Positions 21,444-33,068 of a stretch of 64,000 bases of DNA are shown here, one piece after another. Position numbers and translations under genes: made by a program. The notes beneath the pieces were generated by a model that was not told the origin of the DNA, made no database searches, and was given only the letters and a program-made list of their open reading frames with translations. Every line of letters begins with the position of its first letter. Position 1 is the first letter of the stretch. Origin of the DNA: a bacterium (lineage in GTDB: Bacteria; UBA8248; JACPRG01; G963555815); the NCBI GenBank assembly GCA_965261595.1, contig CBDHDG010000006.1, forward strand, positions 1-64,000, in the 5' to 3' direction.

Positions 21444-24400
21444 TCAGATCGGAGGTTTGCGGTTCACCCAGCCGGCTGGGGGTGTTTTCCAAGTTCCATC
21501 TGGTGGTGCGTTTTCGGGACCGATTCCGGTAGACAAATCCCCCTCAACAGTGTTGGGCTTCGGTCTGTTGACTAGCTTCTCTGGGCAGATTTCTGCAAAC
21601 GCGATCGCGACCTGGGGCTGGCCATGGAAATGAAAGACCTGTCGGTGAAATGGCTTCTCGAAGGGCATGAAGAAAGAGCTTCCACCAAACTGACCGTTAT
21701 TCACCAGGAGCACGCCCTGATACATGTGGTAATGCAACGCCTCCAACATTCTGTCGAACGTCCCGACATCACGATTGAGCGCACAGATGATGTAGAGATC
21801 ACTTTGTGATCGAAGGTCGGCCGCGAGCGTCAGATCGGTCGCGTCGTAGCACACCGACGCAGTGATGGTCAGTGGGCGAAGATCGGGGTCCGAACTCCAC
21901 ATGTACTCTACGAGCCATTGCACAGGCCGGAATCCGACGGGGGCCGGCGTCAGTGACATTTCGTCGGCGGTGAGGTGCAGCTTGCCCTGTTCGACGGCTC
22001 GCAACTGGAAACCGCTGGTTTTAGTCCACTCTGGAATAAGCCACTGGCAAGAGTTGATGAGCGGTGACCCCGCCAACCGCGGCTCAGCGTGATACACCAT
22101 GCCGAAAAGGAGGATGCACCGGTGCTTCCGGGCAAAGGGCACCAAGAGTGGTCCAACGTCATCCGGGTGCACGGCCAGTTCTGGGAAGACCAAGAGGTCG
22201 ATTGTCTGGCCGTCGTCAAGGGCCATGCCGCGATGCGTGTCTCGCAGCCGCCGCATCTGATTGACCCCCTGAAGTGCCGCCGCAAGGTGCGCTCGGTGCC
22301 TGAGTCGAAACGCAGGGTCGCCACTGAGGTCGGGAGCAGTAGCGTAGTGGACGTAGTCCTCAAGGTCGGGAATCACGGTCTGGACAACGCCAATACGCAG
22401 TGGCCGCCGCCAAGCAGTGGCATGCTTCGGTCGGTACAGAAGGGGGGCAGACTGCTCCAAGAAGAGCGTTCGGCTGTGCGTCCCATACTGCAGTCCGGGT
22501 GCGTTCAAGCGGGACTCAATCGCTGCCCTGATCTCAGTGAGGCTGCGACTGGGAGACAAGATGCCAGACCCGGGCCACCGGAGAAGGTCGTAGAGCAGAT
22601 CTTCCATGAAAGACGAAATCGGGAGCCACGGCGGGCCGAATGCGCTGCGTCCCTGGAACCCTGAGTACCTCTGTTGTTCCCAGTGCAAGATGGAGCGGGC
22701 ATATCGTGGCATCACATAGCGCTTGGAATTGGAAGCTCTCGCAAAGAAATCGGTGGTCCCACGGATCGCGAATCGTAAGAGAGCGCCAATCTGGTACCGC
22801 TGGCGCTCCTCAGGCGTCTCGCACCATTCGGGTGGCGCGAACAGGCGTACCCCCGTACTTACGGATCTGCGAATCCGGAACGTGGCCGGGTCGATCCGCC
22901 CGAATTGGTCACCTTGGTCATCGTACTTGAGTCCGCACTGGATCTGCCAAGGTGTGAGCGGCGTGTCGAAGGTTTCTTCGGGGAGCCCAAATAACCAACG
23001 CGCAAAGTGCAGGAGGTTTGGTTCGGTAAAGAAAGGATTGAGTTCCAGGCTGGCGAGATCTGGCAGACAGGTAGCGGCATCTGCGTCCCGACGCGGCTTC
23101 AAACCCAGCCGCTCCGCCATCTGAGTGAGAGCATTCCCCGCGGCAGGTCTCGTCGCTTCCCACAACGCGGTGGCTGTGCTCGGGGAGCATGCCTCAACGC
23201 GCGACAGGAACTCTGGCGAAACCCCTTGCTGCGCGATGCGGTCAACCAATCCGTGAAGCGAGAAACCCGTCCGAGCAATGACGAGGAAACTCGATCGCTC
23301 ATCCAACCCCGCTGGCCGGTCGCCGCCGAGGAACTTGGCGAACCGCCGATATAGCGCGAGTAACAGGCCACCCTTCGCGCCCAGCTGGGTCACAGCTTCC
23401 GGAAACGCCTCTTGCACTGCAAGATAGAGAAACACCTGCTGCATGAGGTACCACGGCAGACGAAGGCTGCTCGATTGGCCACTCACGAACTGGTTGAAGA
23501 TGTCTTGGGCCTCACGGAGCAGTCGCTCGTGGTAGCGGTCCAAGCCAATGCCCTGCGGTAGACATTCGTCATCCGACACCATCCCCGTTTCAGTCGCTCC
23601 TGCCCGGAACAGTTCGGCCAGGCAGTACAGGCGAATCTCGCGGCGGGCTCCCTTGGAGCCATCGACCGCCCACCCTGGCTTGAGCACCCGGAGGACTTCC
23701 TCCAGGAACTGAGGGTCCGGGTACATATCGAGAGCCACACGCAGCAGACGCACGTTTGCCGGGTTGGCGGTCCACTCCTCGATTAGCAGTGCCGCAAAAA
23801 GCTTGGCTCGCTCGTCTAGCTGGACCTTTGAGAGCACCAGGCTGTGCTCACTCCCTTCGTCGCCCGGCTCGGCGTCGGTAACCGACACTGCCTGTCCGAC
23901 GCCCTGGTTGTCGCCTTCCAGTATGGGGCGCAAAGAGCGAAATGTTCGCCGGAAACGGACAGCTGCGAATCGGGCGGCCGTTTCGTCGCGCATGTCGGAC
24001 AGACCCACCAGCAGCCCCGTTCTGCCGACCTCCTCAGGCTTGGTCTCGGTGGAGTACCTCTTCTGTGTGTGAAAGAAGCCCTCGATGGCCCCGATCAGCT
24101 CGGTGCCGTGGAGCATATCAAACACGCCGGATGTGTCGCTCTGAATGCGTTGGGCGGCAAGGGACTGCGGCACAAGAAATCGCCGGTCGCGTCCTTCCAC
24201 CGTAACAACCGTCTTGGACTGTTCGACCACGAGCCCGGGGGCCGTCATATCAAGCTGGCGCTGGAGCCAGGCAGATATGGCGTCGCGTACTTCACGCTCT
24301 GCAAGGCCTGGGTCGGAACGGGGAATCTGCACAACCAATCGGAAATCGTCAACGTAGTAGGCCGCATCCAGCAGCGTGATACCCAGAGTTTCGTCGATGA

Positions 24401-25304
24401 CCTGTCCGAACGCATCGCGGAGTCTCGTTTCGAAGTCCTGCATCACGACATTCGCGAAGAAACCTGATGCGACCAGCCCCTGCGGGAGCGCCACGTTCAT
24501 AAAACCGTCAAGGCCGTGCTCGCGGGAATGGCGTAACGCGCGCTTCGTGTCCGCCCACTGCCAATCAAAGACACGGCCTGCGAGTTCGAAGAAGCGTGGG
24601 TCATCGCCGTCTCGTCCAAGTTGCTCGAACTTCCGACGGAGCAATTCCGGCTGGACGCGGTCGTAGAACTTTGACAGATCGCTCTGAACAATCGCAATCT
24701 CGAACTCTGGCGAGTCCGAGTCCAGGCTCCCCGTCACGATTCGTGGGCGACGAAGAAACGTCTGGTAGTCCTGGAAATACTGGCGATACAGCTTGGCGCT
24801 GCCCCAACGATGCCGAAGTCCGCCATCCTCGGCATCATCACAGACGAGTCGGTGGCCGTAAGTGAGCACACGCCGCCGATTCTCTTCGGAGTCGATCGAC
24901 AGCCGAGTGTCATTCATCCGAGTTTCGATGCGGTCGGCCAGGCAGAGCATGATGGCCGTCGCCACGACCTGGTCCCGCAGTGCCACATGAGCAAGCGGAC
25001 GGAGCTTCTTCTGGTAATCCTGATTCGGCCGCGGAATCCAGTTTCCACTGTCATCGAAGCACCATCGTTGCGTCTTCGGAGCCGGAACCAGATTCAGCGG
25101 TTCGGGCGTCCAAGTGGCATACGAATCAATCGCCTCCTGGATCTCTGCGAGAAAGGCCGGGATGCGCAGGGACTGATAGTCGATACCGAGCGTATCGGCG
25201 TACCAGCCGCGCGTCCGCAGATATGAAGATGTCTTTTTCCACGCCTGCATGAGTACGCATTCGAGACGGAGGTCCTCCAGGGATGGATTGAGGATCTGCT
25301 TCAT
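21444..25304 (-). CDS. Reverse transcriptase-nitrilase fusion (UG1/DRT1-like), 1286 aa
   Basis: LRPLAH..LRDQ, DLSKFYD, LPQG..SGFFAN, YYVDD; C-terminal C-N hydrolase triad FPE / QGK / VCYD. Confidence 0.9.
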   Translation of the reverse strand: MKQILNPSLEDLRLECVLMQAWKKTSSYLRTRGWYADTLGIDYQSLRIPAFLAEIQEAIDSYATWTPEPLNLVPAPKTQRWCFDDSGNWIPRPNQDYQKKLRPLAHVALRDQVVATAIMLCLADRIETRMNDTRLSIDSEENRRRVLTYGHRLVCDDAEDGGLRHRWGSAKLYRQYFQDYQTFLRRPRIVTGSLDSDSPEFEIAIVQSDLSKFYDRVQPELLRRKFEQLGRDGDDPRFFELAGRVFDWQWADTKRALRHSREHGLDGFMNVALPQGLVASGFFANVVMQDFETRLRDAFGQVIDETLGITLLDAAYYVDDFRLVVQIPRSDPGLAEREVRDAISAWLQRQLDMTAPGLVVEQSKTVVTVEGRDRRFLVPQSLAAQRIQSDTSGVFDMLHGTELIGAIEGFFHTQKRYSTETKPEEVGRTGLLVGLSDMRDETAARFAAVRFRRTFRSLRPILEGDNQGVGQAVSVTDAEPGDEGSEHSLVLSKVQLDERAKLFAALLIEEWTANPANVRLLRVALDMYPDPQFLEEVLRVLKPGWAVDGSKGARREIRLYCLAELFRAGATETGMVSDDECLPQGIGLDRYHERLLREAQDIFNQFVSGQSSSLRLPWYLMQQVFLYLAVQEAFPEAVTQLGAKGGLLLALYRRFAKFLGGDRPAGLDERSSFLVIARTGFSLHGLVDRIAQQGVSPEFLSRVEACSPSTATALWEATRPAAGNALTQMAERLGLKPRRDADAATCLPDLASLELNPFFTEPNLLHFARWLFGLPEETFDTPLTPWQIQCGLKYDDQGDQFGRIDPATFRIRRSVSTGVRLFAPPEWCETPEERQRYQIGALLRFAIRGTTDFFARASNSKRYVMPRYARSILHWEQQRYSGFQGRSAFGPPWLPISSFMEDLLYDLLRWPGSGILSPSRSLTEIRAAIESRLNAPGLQYGTHSRTLFLEQSAPLLYRPKHATAWRRPLRIGVVQTVIPDLEDYVHYATAPDLSGDPAFRLRHRAHLAAALQGVNQMRRLRDTHRGMALDDGQTIDLLVFPELAVHPDDVGPLLVPFARKHRCILLFGMVYHAEPRLAGSPLINSCQWLIPEWTKTSGFQLRAVEQGKLHLTADEMSLTPAPVGFRPVQWLVEYMWSSDPDLRPLTITASVCYDATDLTLAADLRSQSDLYIICALNRDVGTFDRMLEALHYHMYQGVLLVNNGQFGGSSFFMPFEKPFHRQVFHFHGQPQVAIAFAEICPEKLVNRPKPNTVEGDLSTGIGPENAPPDGTWKTPPAGWVNRKPPI

Positions 25305-25326
25305 GCTCGGTGCCCAACGCGGGAAC

Positions 25327-26622
25327 TCATGCCGTCGCCCCCTCGCCTTGCTCCAGCAGCGCAGTCACGCGGCGGTTGCCCGTGAGCAAGTCTTGCATCA
25401 GGGCGGTTTTGAGCCTGCGGAGTTTTCGAGAGTGTAGCGTCGTCTGTGCGATCGCAGAATCGGCGTTTTTTAGCTTTGTCGAAATCGCGATTTGCTCATC
25501 AACCTCGCGGGGAGCAGCGATCGAGTAGGCGCGGAAGAATTGCAGGCCAATCGTCACGATAGTGCTGCCGGACGCAATGCCCTCGAACTTTGGCTTATCT
25601 CGTTGCAGCCAATAATAGAGGTGGATGTTGTCGAGTTTCGTGGGCTTGCATCGCCACGCCATGAAATGCTGACTGACGGCCATTTCATGAACGAGGATCG
25701 CGCTCTTTCCCACTCCTGCATCTCGGGACAGAATCACCGTGCCCGCTGGATGAAGCACGGCGGACGAGTTTTTGAGTCCAAGCTCGCTGATCTCTTTGTC
25801 CGTATCCGAGATGTACAGGTCGTCGAGCTTACGGGAATCCGCAAGTGACACCCACTTGATGCCGCCGTTCCAATACGCAGGCCGCTGCTTGTTCGGAGTA
25901 TGGCCACTGCCTCTGACGGCAAGGGAGTCAAGCAAGGTCACGTCCCACTCTACCGGAATCCGCCCGAGCGGGGAGTCTTTGAACTTGTGGGTCTGTTCGG
26001 AGCGGAGGTTGCCGTGCTCGTCGATGCCGCGGGTGAGCAGGTCCTGCATCAGGCCGGTCTTGATGCGCTGCTGCTTCGCGATGAGCGCCTCGGTCTCCTC
26101 GATCGCCCGATCGACGGTCGAGAGCACGCGTACAATCATCGATTGTTCACGGAGGTCAGCGGGGATGTCGACATTGACACCCTTGGTAAAGGCGGTCTTG
26201 AGGCCTGGCTGTGCCGAGCCCGAGATCTGCAGGCGGATCTGCGCCTGCCCCAAATCAGACAAGAGTGAGTAGTAGAGGTATCCCTGCATTATTTGGTCAG
26301 GATCGCCGCGCAAGAGGAACACGTGTTCATTGATGCAGGCAACGAGAGCGCGGCCAGGGTGATACCAGCCAACCTTTCCTGTCTGAGCGCCGTCCTTATT
26401 AATCAGAACATCATTGTCACGCAGGTGCCCCTAGGTCATTCTGTTGAAGAACGCGACCGGCACGCGCTTTACGTCCTCCAGCGTGACTCCTCCGGATTGC
26501 AGGATATTCTCGCCTCCAATGCTGAGCACTTCGCCGCCATCAATGGATGCACCGCCCGTGGGGCGAGAGCCACTCTCCAGTGTGGCGATCACGGTTTCCA
26601 GCGCTTCGTTCGACCACGTCAT
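25327..26622 (-). pseudogene. hsdS: Type I specificity subunit HsdS with in-frame TAG at 26431-26433
   Basis: Two TRDs, each followed by KTGLMQDLLT / KTALMQDLLTG; the frame continues past the TAG as GHLRDNDVLINKDGAQTGK. Confidence 0.88.
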
Positions 26623-29315
26623 GACGACACTTCGAAGTAACCGAGGCCGACAAGAGAGCCGTCAAGGGCCTTCAATGTCTGAACGCGATTCGAGTCCAGC
26701 ACCTGAGTGCTAATCGAGTACTTCTCCCATAGATTCTCGACGACTCGCACGAGCACCCGCTTCTCCGCATTGAAATAGCGGTCCAGCTCGGCGCGGGCGA
26801 CGTCGTAGATTTTCTTCAGGATCAGGCGGCGAGCGTCGGCCTCGCTGATCTGGCCGCCGATCACCTTGAGCACCGCATCGACCTGGACAAGCCGGGCATT
26901 CAGCGCCTCCTTGTCCTTATCGAGCGCGGCAACGGTCTTCTTGTCGGCCTTCTTCTTCGGGTTCAGCCCGGCGAGACGGGCATCGGCCTGCGCGACCAGC
27001 GACTGGGTCTCGGCCTTGAAGTCGTCGGCCCCGAGGCGCTTGAGTTCGAGCTTGAACTCCAACTCTGTGGCCTTTTCCTTGAGCGTCGCCTTGGCGTCCT
27101 TGCTCCGCTTCTCGATCGCCTTGATGGCCTTGTCGTGGTCCGTGAGGTTCTTGAGTTCCTTCTTAGCGGAAGCGCCGGCGCTGTCCTTCAGGTCGTCGAT
27201 GAGTACCTTGAGGGCCTTCTTGATGACGGCGGCGGTGACCTTCTCGTCCTCGTCGGGCTCGTAGCCGCTAACCTCCTGGGCGATCTCGACGGACTCGGAC
27301 AGCTCGCCCTGGGCTTCGGCGATGGTTGCCTCCAGCGCCTCGATGGCGTCGGCCTCGGCCTGGAAGTACTCGGCAATGAGGTGTTCATCGGGGATGAGCG
27401 TGTGGTGCCAGCCGGTGGAGACGATGGTTTTGAGGTCGTAGCGGATCTGCTGCCACCAGTTGACGAAAACGCCGGCACTCTTGAACTCGTCGAGCACGCC
27501 CAACGGCACGAGCTTGGCCTTGAGGGTGGTGAGCAGCTCGTGGCGGACCTCGGGCATCTTCTTGCCGCCGTTGCCCGCATGCTGGAGCTGGGCGAAGTCG
27601 TCCCTGGCAACCGCCCACCAGGATTCGAGGGCGTCGTGGTGCCGGGTGAGAGTGCCCAGCAGCGCCGGGGCCGCTTCGAGCGTGGCCTTGATGGCGGGCC
27701 TGGCGTCGATGAACTCGCGAAAGGCGAGGTAGGCGGGACGCTCGGGCTCGAAGAGTGAATCCGGGTTGACGCCGAACTTGGCGAAGTCGTCCGTGAGCGC
27801 AGCGACCTCCACCTCCGGGATTCCGCCGATGAGGTGCGCCTGGACATCCTCCGGCTCGGGGTTGGGCGTGTTGTCCACGTAGCGGCGGATGTTGAGGTTG
27901 TAGTCGTGGGTGTCCACGATCTCGGACTTAGGCACGAGGCGCGAGTACTTGGGCAGCTCGCGCTTGTGGGTGAAGACGAAATCGATCTTCTCGATGTCCT
28001 CGGGGCGAAGCCGGTTCTGATTCTTGCCCTCTGCGTATTCGCGATCGGCGTTGATGAAGAGGGCCTTGTCCTTGAGTGCGTCGGGCTTGCTCTTGTTGCA
28101 GACCAGCACGCAGGCGGGGATGCCCGTGCCGTAGAAGAGGCCGGGCGGCAGGCTGACGATGGCCTCGATGCAGTCGTCATTGATGAAGAGCTCGCGGATG
28201 AGCTTTTCCTTACCACCACGGAACAGGACCCCGTGCGGCATGATCGTCGCCATCCGGCCGTTGGACTTGAGGCTGGCGAGCATGTGCTGCACGAACATGA
28301 GGTCCGCCTTCTTGCCGGACTCCGGTCACCACTCGCGGAAGCGACTGGTGAACTTCATGCCGGCGCGGCTGTAGTTCTGCGAGAATGGCGGGTTGGCGAG
28401 CACCCGGTCGAACTTGCGGATCTGGCCGTTGTCGAGCATGCGCGGGTCCTCCAGCGTGTCATCGTTCTCGATCGTGGATCGGGTGATATTGTGGAGGATC
28501 ATGTTCATGATGCAGATAGACCAGACCGTTCCGTTGGAGTCCTGGCCGTAGAGGGCGAGGTCGTCGGCGTTCTGGCCCTGCTCTTCCACGTACTGGTGGG
28601 ACTGAATGAGGAATCCGCCGGAGCCGACCGTAGGGTCGTAGATGGTGTTGCCGGCCTCCGGCTGGGTGAGCTGGACGAGCAGGCGGACGACCTCGCCCGG
28701 GGTATAGAACTCACCGCCCTTCTTGCCGGCGCTGTCGGCGAAGAACTTGATGAGGTACTCGTAGGCGGCGCCGAGCAGGTCGGGGAACTCGAAGTTGTCG
28801 TTGACGAGGACGAACCCGGGCTGGCTGAAGTGGTCGAGCAGATCTTTCCACTTTTGGTCCGGGATCTTGGTCCTGCCCTTCACCGCGTTGAAGTCGATGT
28901 TGTTCTTCAGCACACCGGCGAGTGCATCGTTCTCGTCTTCGATGGCAGCGATGGCCTTATTGAGCATGTTGCCGATGTCGTGCTTTAGGTCCTTCAGGGC
29001 CGGCACGAGATCGCCGTTATCGTCCTTCCAGGGCTCGTGCCAGCGGGCTCTGACAGGGACAAAGAAAGTCTCGCCGTAGGATGTCTTGTCTTCGAGCAAC
29101 TCGGCGACGAGATCCGGCTGGTCTTTGAAGTGTGCGAAGGTCTTCTTGCGGAGCTGCTCGCGTTTGCGGTCGAACTCGTCGGAAAGCCGCTTCAGGAACA
29201 GCATGCCGAAGATGAACTCCTTGAATTCCGAGGCGTCCATCTTGCCGCGCAGGATGTCGGCGGCCTTCAGGAGGAAGGACTCGAGCTGGGCGAGGGTGAT
29301 TTTCCCTTGTTTCAT
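26619..29315 (-). pseudogene. hsdM: Type I methyltransferase HsdM with in-frame TGA at 28326-28328
   Basis: [29 protein letters not shown]; reads W*PESGKKADLMFVQHM in one frame. Confidence 0.92.
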
Positions 29316-29350
29316 CTTCTGCCCCCTCTCACGTTTCCGCCTCTGCGTTC

Positions 29351-29549
29351 CTTGTGCATCTCTGTCTTATAGCTTGGCTGCTTGAGTGACTGTAACTTAC
29401 TGTAAATATTATCTTTTTAACTCCCTTTCGCAACTTCAAAAAATCGCAGATTTCCAATCCGTGTACAAGCGGTCAGCGGATTGGACTCAATGGAGGGGGT
29501 GACATGTCCACCCTGAGCTATCATTTTCGCGAATTCGCGATTGGCGCCG
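29351..29549 (+). repeat. ~200-bp element-end repeat, copy 2
   Basis: Direct repeat of 14072-14269; the core TCCAATCCGTGTACAAGCGG...GGTGACATGTCCACCCTGAGCTATCATTTTC is near-identical. Confidence 0.9.
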
Positions 29550-29551
29550 TG

Positions 29552-29674
29552 GCCGGGTAGGAGGGGTCGTTGCCGAGCCCCTCCCCCCACAGACCCGAGC
29601 GTACGGGATTACCGCACTCGGTTCCTCACCTGACAGGTTCGCACAAGGTGGTTTGCCATGAGCGCGTGAACGAG
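29552..29674 (-). ncRNA. Group II intron 3' remnant (domains V-VI)
   Basis: Minus strand GAACCGAGTGCGGTAATCCCGTACGCTCGGGTCTGTGGGGG...GGCAAC..CCCCTCCTACCCGGC; cut by IS21 at 29675. Confidence 0.85.
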
Positions 29675-32188
29675 TGTCAAGGGCGGAGTAAAAGTGTACC
29701 GGCGTGGCGGCAAGTGTCCCACCTGGTGTGTGAAGAAGGGGGCCCATGGGCCCCCTTCCTGGGTTGTGGCCTCACTCCATTGGGACGGAGTCTTGAGGCT
29801 TTGCTTGTTTGTTTGAGCGCCGTTTCCTACTTTGCCTGAGCCGATAGCTTTCGCCGTTCATCTCCAGGATGTGGACGTGATGCGTCAGGCGGTCGAGCAG
29901 GGCGCCGGTCAGCCGCTCGGAGCCGAAGATCTCGGTCCACTCGTCGAACGGCAGGTTGCTCGTCGCCAGGATAGAGCCGCGCTCATAGCGCTGGCTGAAG
30001 ACCTCGAACAGCAGTTCGGCGCCGGTCTTGGACAGGGGCACGAAGCCCAGTTCATCGATGATCAGAAGCTTGTAGGCGGCCAGTTGCTTCTGAAGGCGCA
30101 GCAGACGCTTTTCGTCACGCGCTTCGAGCAACCCCGTTGACCAGCGCGGCGGCGGTTGTGAAGCCGACGGACAACCCCTTCTGACACGCCGCAAGCCCGA
30201 GCCCCACAGCGATGTGGGTCTTGCCTGTGCCGCTGTTGCCCAGGGCAATCACGTTCTCGCGCCGTTCGATGTACTCACACCTCGCCAGTTCCACAACCAG
30301 CGTCTTGTTGAGGGAGGGCAGAGCCAGGAAGTTGAAGCTCTCCAGGCTCTTGACCGCCGGGAAGCGCGCCGCCTTGATTCGCCGCTCCACCATCCGGCGC
30401 TCCCGGTCAATCAGCTCCAGCTCGGACAGGCGCATCAAAAAACGCACGTGGTCGACCCCCTCGGCGGCGCACTGCCGGGCGACCTTGTCGTATTCCCTCC
30501 CGAAGGTGGGCAGCTTGAGCGCCTTGAGGTGATGGGCCAGGAGCACCTGGGGAGTCTCCTTCACGGCCGCACCCCCGTGAGCAGGTCCAGGTACGCCCGG
30601 GCGGAGGTTGTCGCAACCCGGGCGCGCGGCAGAGATAGGGATAGACCTCCAGGTTCAGCCGGGCAGGCCTGCGCTCGATGCGGCACAGCATCAGGTGTTT
30701 GACCGCATCGAAGCCGATGGTTCCCAGCCGCAGGGCATCCCGGACCCCGGCGTCAACTTCCTCCAACCCGAACGTCTCGAGCAGCCGCAGGACCTGGACG
30801 TACTCCCGCTTGCTGGCCTTGCCCATGCGCGCTTCAAGCAGCCTGCGCAGCGTGCCGAATGCCTCGGGCAACTCCCACCCGGCCAGGGGCGCCGCCTGAT
30901 CCAGTGCACCGATCTTCTTCTCAATCAGCGCCAGGTAATGCAGCGGGTTGAAGACCAGGTCCTCCCGCTCGCAGGAGCGCCGGTGACGGGCAATCTCCTC
31001 CGTCCCGCAGGTGATGACCACCTCGTGCACGTAGCCCCGAACCAGCACCTCACGGTGGCCGTAAGCCACGGGAACCGAGTAGTCGTTGCCCCGGTAGCGC
31101 ACCAAAGACAGAGAGCTCACCCGCGTACCGCTCTTCTCACAGGCGTCGTACGGCAACGGCGGCAACGGCAAAAGGACCTGCCGGTCCCGCTCAAAGCGCT
31201 CGCCGATGCTCTCTCTGTGCCCACGCAGGCGTGCTCCCCACCGCTTCCGGCACTGCTCCTCCAGGTGGGCATTGAGGGCCTCGAAGCTTTCAAAGCGCGG
31301 GATGGGAACGAAAAAGTTCCGCCGGACATAGCCCACCAGGTTCTCGACCTTCCCCTTGTCATTCGGCTTGCCCGGACGGCCAAAACGTTCTTTGAACAGG
31401 TAGTGGGACTGCAACTCACTAAAGGCCCGGGTGCGCTGACGCTTCCCATCGCCCAGGATGCGCGCCACCGCAAGCTTGGTGTTGTCGTAGAGAATGCTGT
31501 GGGAGACACCGCCGATGAAGGCGAAGGCCGCGTTATGACCGGCGCAGAAGGCTTCGGTCCTCTCCGCAGGATAGGCCTTCACGAAACCCATGTCGCTGTG
31601 GGGCAAATCGAAGGTGAAAAACGATACCTTCCCCTCCACCCCGGCAATCTCCGCCAGGGCCTCGCCAAAATCCGCCTGGCCATGGCCGGGTGGGTGGACC
31701 AGGGGAACGAACATCTCCTGGGACCGCAACCGCCGCTCCCGCACGTAGTCCTTCACGATGCTGTAACCGCCCGTGAAACCGTGCTCGTCGCGCAGCCTCT
31801 CGAAGATCCGCTTGGCCGTGTGACGCTGTCTCCTCACACACTTCCGGTCCCCCTCCACGATGTGGTCGATCACACCCGTAAACGGATCCAGCTTCGGCCT
31901 CGCCCGGGGATGACTCCGCTGATACCCGGGCGGTATCGAAAACCGCAGCATCTTGCGCACCGTGTCCCGGTGCAAACCAAACGCCCGCGCCGCTTCGCGG
32001 ATGCTCATCCCTTCTACGTGGCAGGTGTGCCGAACCCGTGCGTACAGTTCCACTGAGTACATCCTCCAGCCTCCCTTCAGGTCGTATCCTGCAAACCTGA
32101 AGGAAGACCAAAGAGCGGTCCACTTTTAGACCGCCGCGGCCAGAATATCCGACCGCCTCAGTGGGACAGTTTTACACCGCCGTTTACA
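29675..32188 (-). mobile_element. IS21-family element (istA 32062-~30561, istB 30564-29772; each with a frameshift)
   Basis: IRs TGTCAAGGGCGGAGTAAAAGTG / reverse complement TGTAAACGGCGGTGTAAAACTG; QADFG, YDN, KGKVE; GNSGTGKTH, IDELG, LLDRLTHH. Confidence 0.95.
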
Positions 32189-32513
32189 CCAAGTAGAGAA
32201 TCTTGGCCGTGTACCGCAACCGCTTGACTCTCCTGCCGCCATCGAATTGCGAAAGCACTGGGTCGGGGCGACCACGTTCGGACAGGACAACGGACCGCTG
32301 CTGGCCCCGGCGCCATCATCACCCCACGAGCGAACGGTTATCGACAGGGACTCGCCGAGATGCGCAGGAGTTTTAACGAATCCGCTTTCATTTTGATTAC
32401 GGACTGCAGAAGGCAGGTTCCGAATGAGATTGGAAATCATATATATTCTCAATAATATCAATAGGATAATAGGATCTCACGGCTGGAAAGAACGGCTTTA
32501 CGGATGAATCAAG

Positions 32514-32916
32514 ATGCAAAACGTCGTGAAGAAGGTCCGAAAGCGCAACCAGGAGGCGGTGGTCTCGGGCGCACAAAGGATCTACGAGGCCCACAGCCGC
32601 CGGGCGGCCATCGCCGCCTTTTGGCGATGGGCCAAGCAGTGGCGAGGGCGGGAGCCCAAGGCGGTGGCGTGCATCGAGAGCGACCTCGAGACGTTGTTGG
32701 CCCACTTCCAAGAGCCCCCCGCCCTTCGGGTCACCCTGCGCACGATAAACCCCATTGAGCGGGTCTTTCGGGAGGTGAGACGAAGAACCAGACCCATGAC
32801 CGTCATGAACAACAACGAGTCCCTGGAACGCGTCGCCTACAGCGTGTTCCACCGCATTAACACCTAGTGGGAGACAAACCCTCTCTGCACTTCTACACAA
32901 AACTCGTGACATTACC
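32514..32916 (+). mobile_element. IS256-family 3' remnant
   Basis: LRTINPIERVFREVRRRTR; end sequence TACACAAAACTCGTGACATTACC. Confidence 0.8.
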
Positions 32917-33068
32917 CAAGTCACAGCCAACCCCGGAGGCCGACCCGGCGGCGGCGAACGGGCCGCCTTTCCGGCGCGCCAATTGCCCCGGGTGAGGGGT
33001 TTTGCTACGATTATCGCGAACAATCAACGCACCATAGAGTACATGCGGCCAGGAAAGGGGCACGGGAG

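Noticed and set aside
21124..25330. Retron-, DGR- or DRT2-type ncRNA/template for the RT
   Set aside because: Only ~20 nt flank the RT on each side; the nearby repeat is an hsdR duplicate with indels and no evident adenine-specific variation
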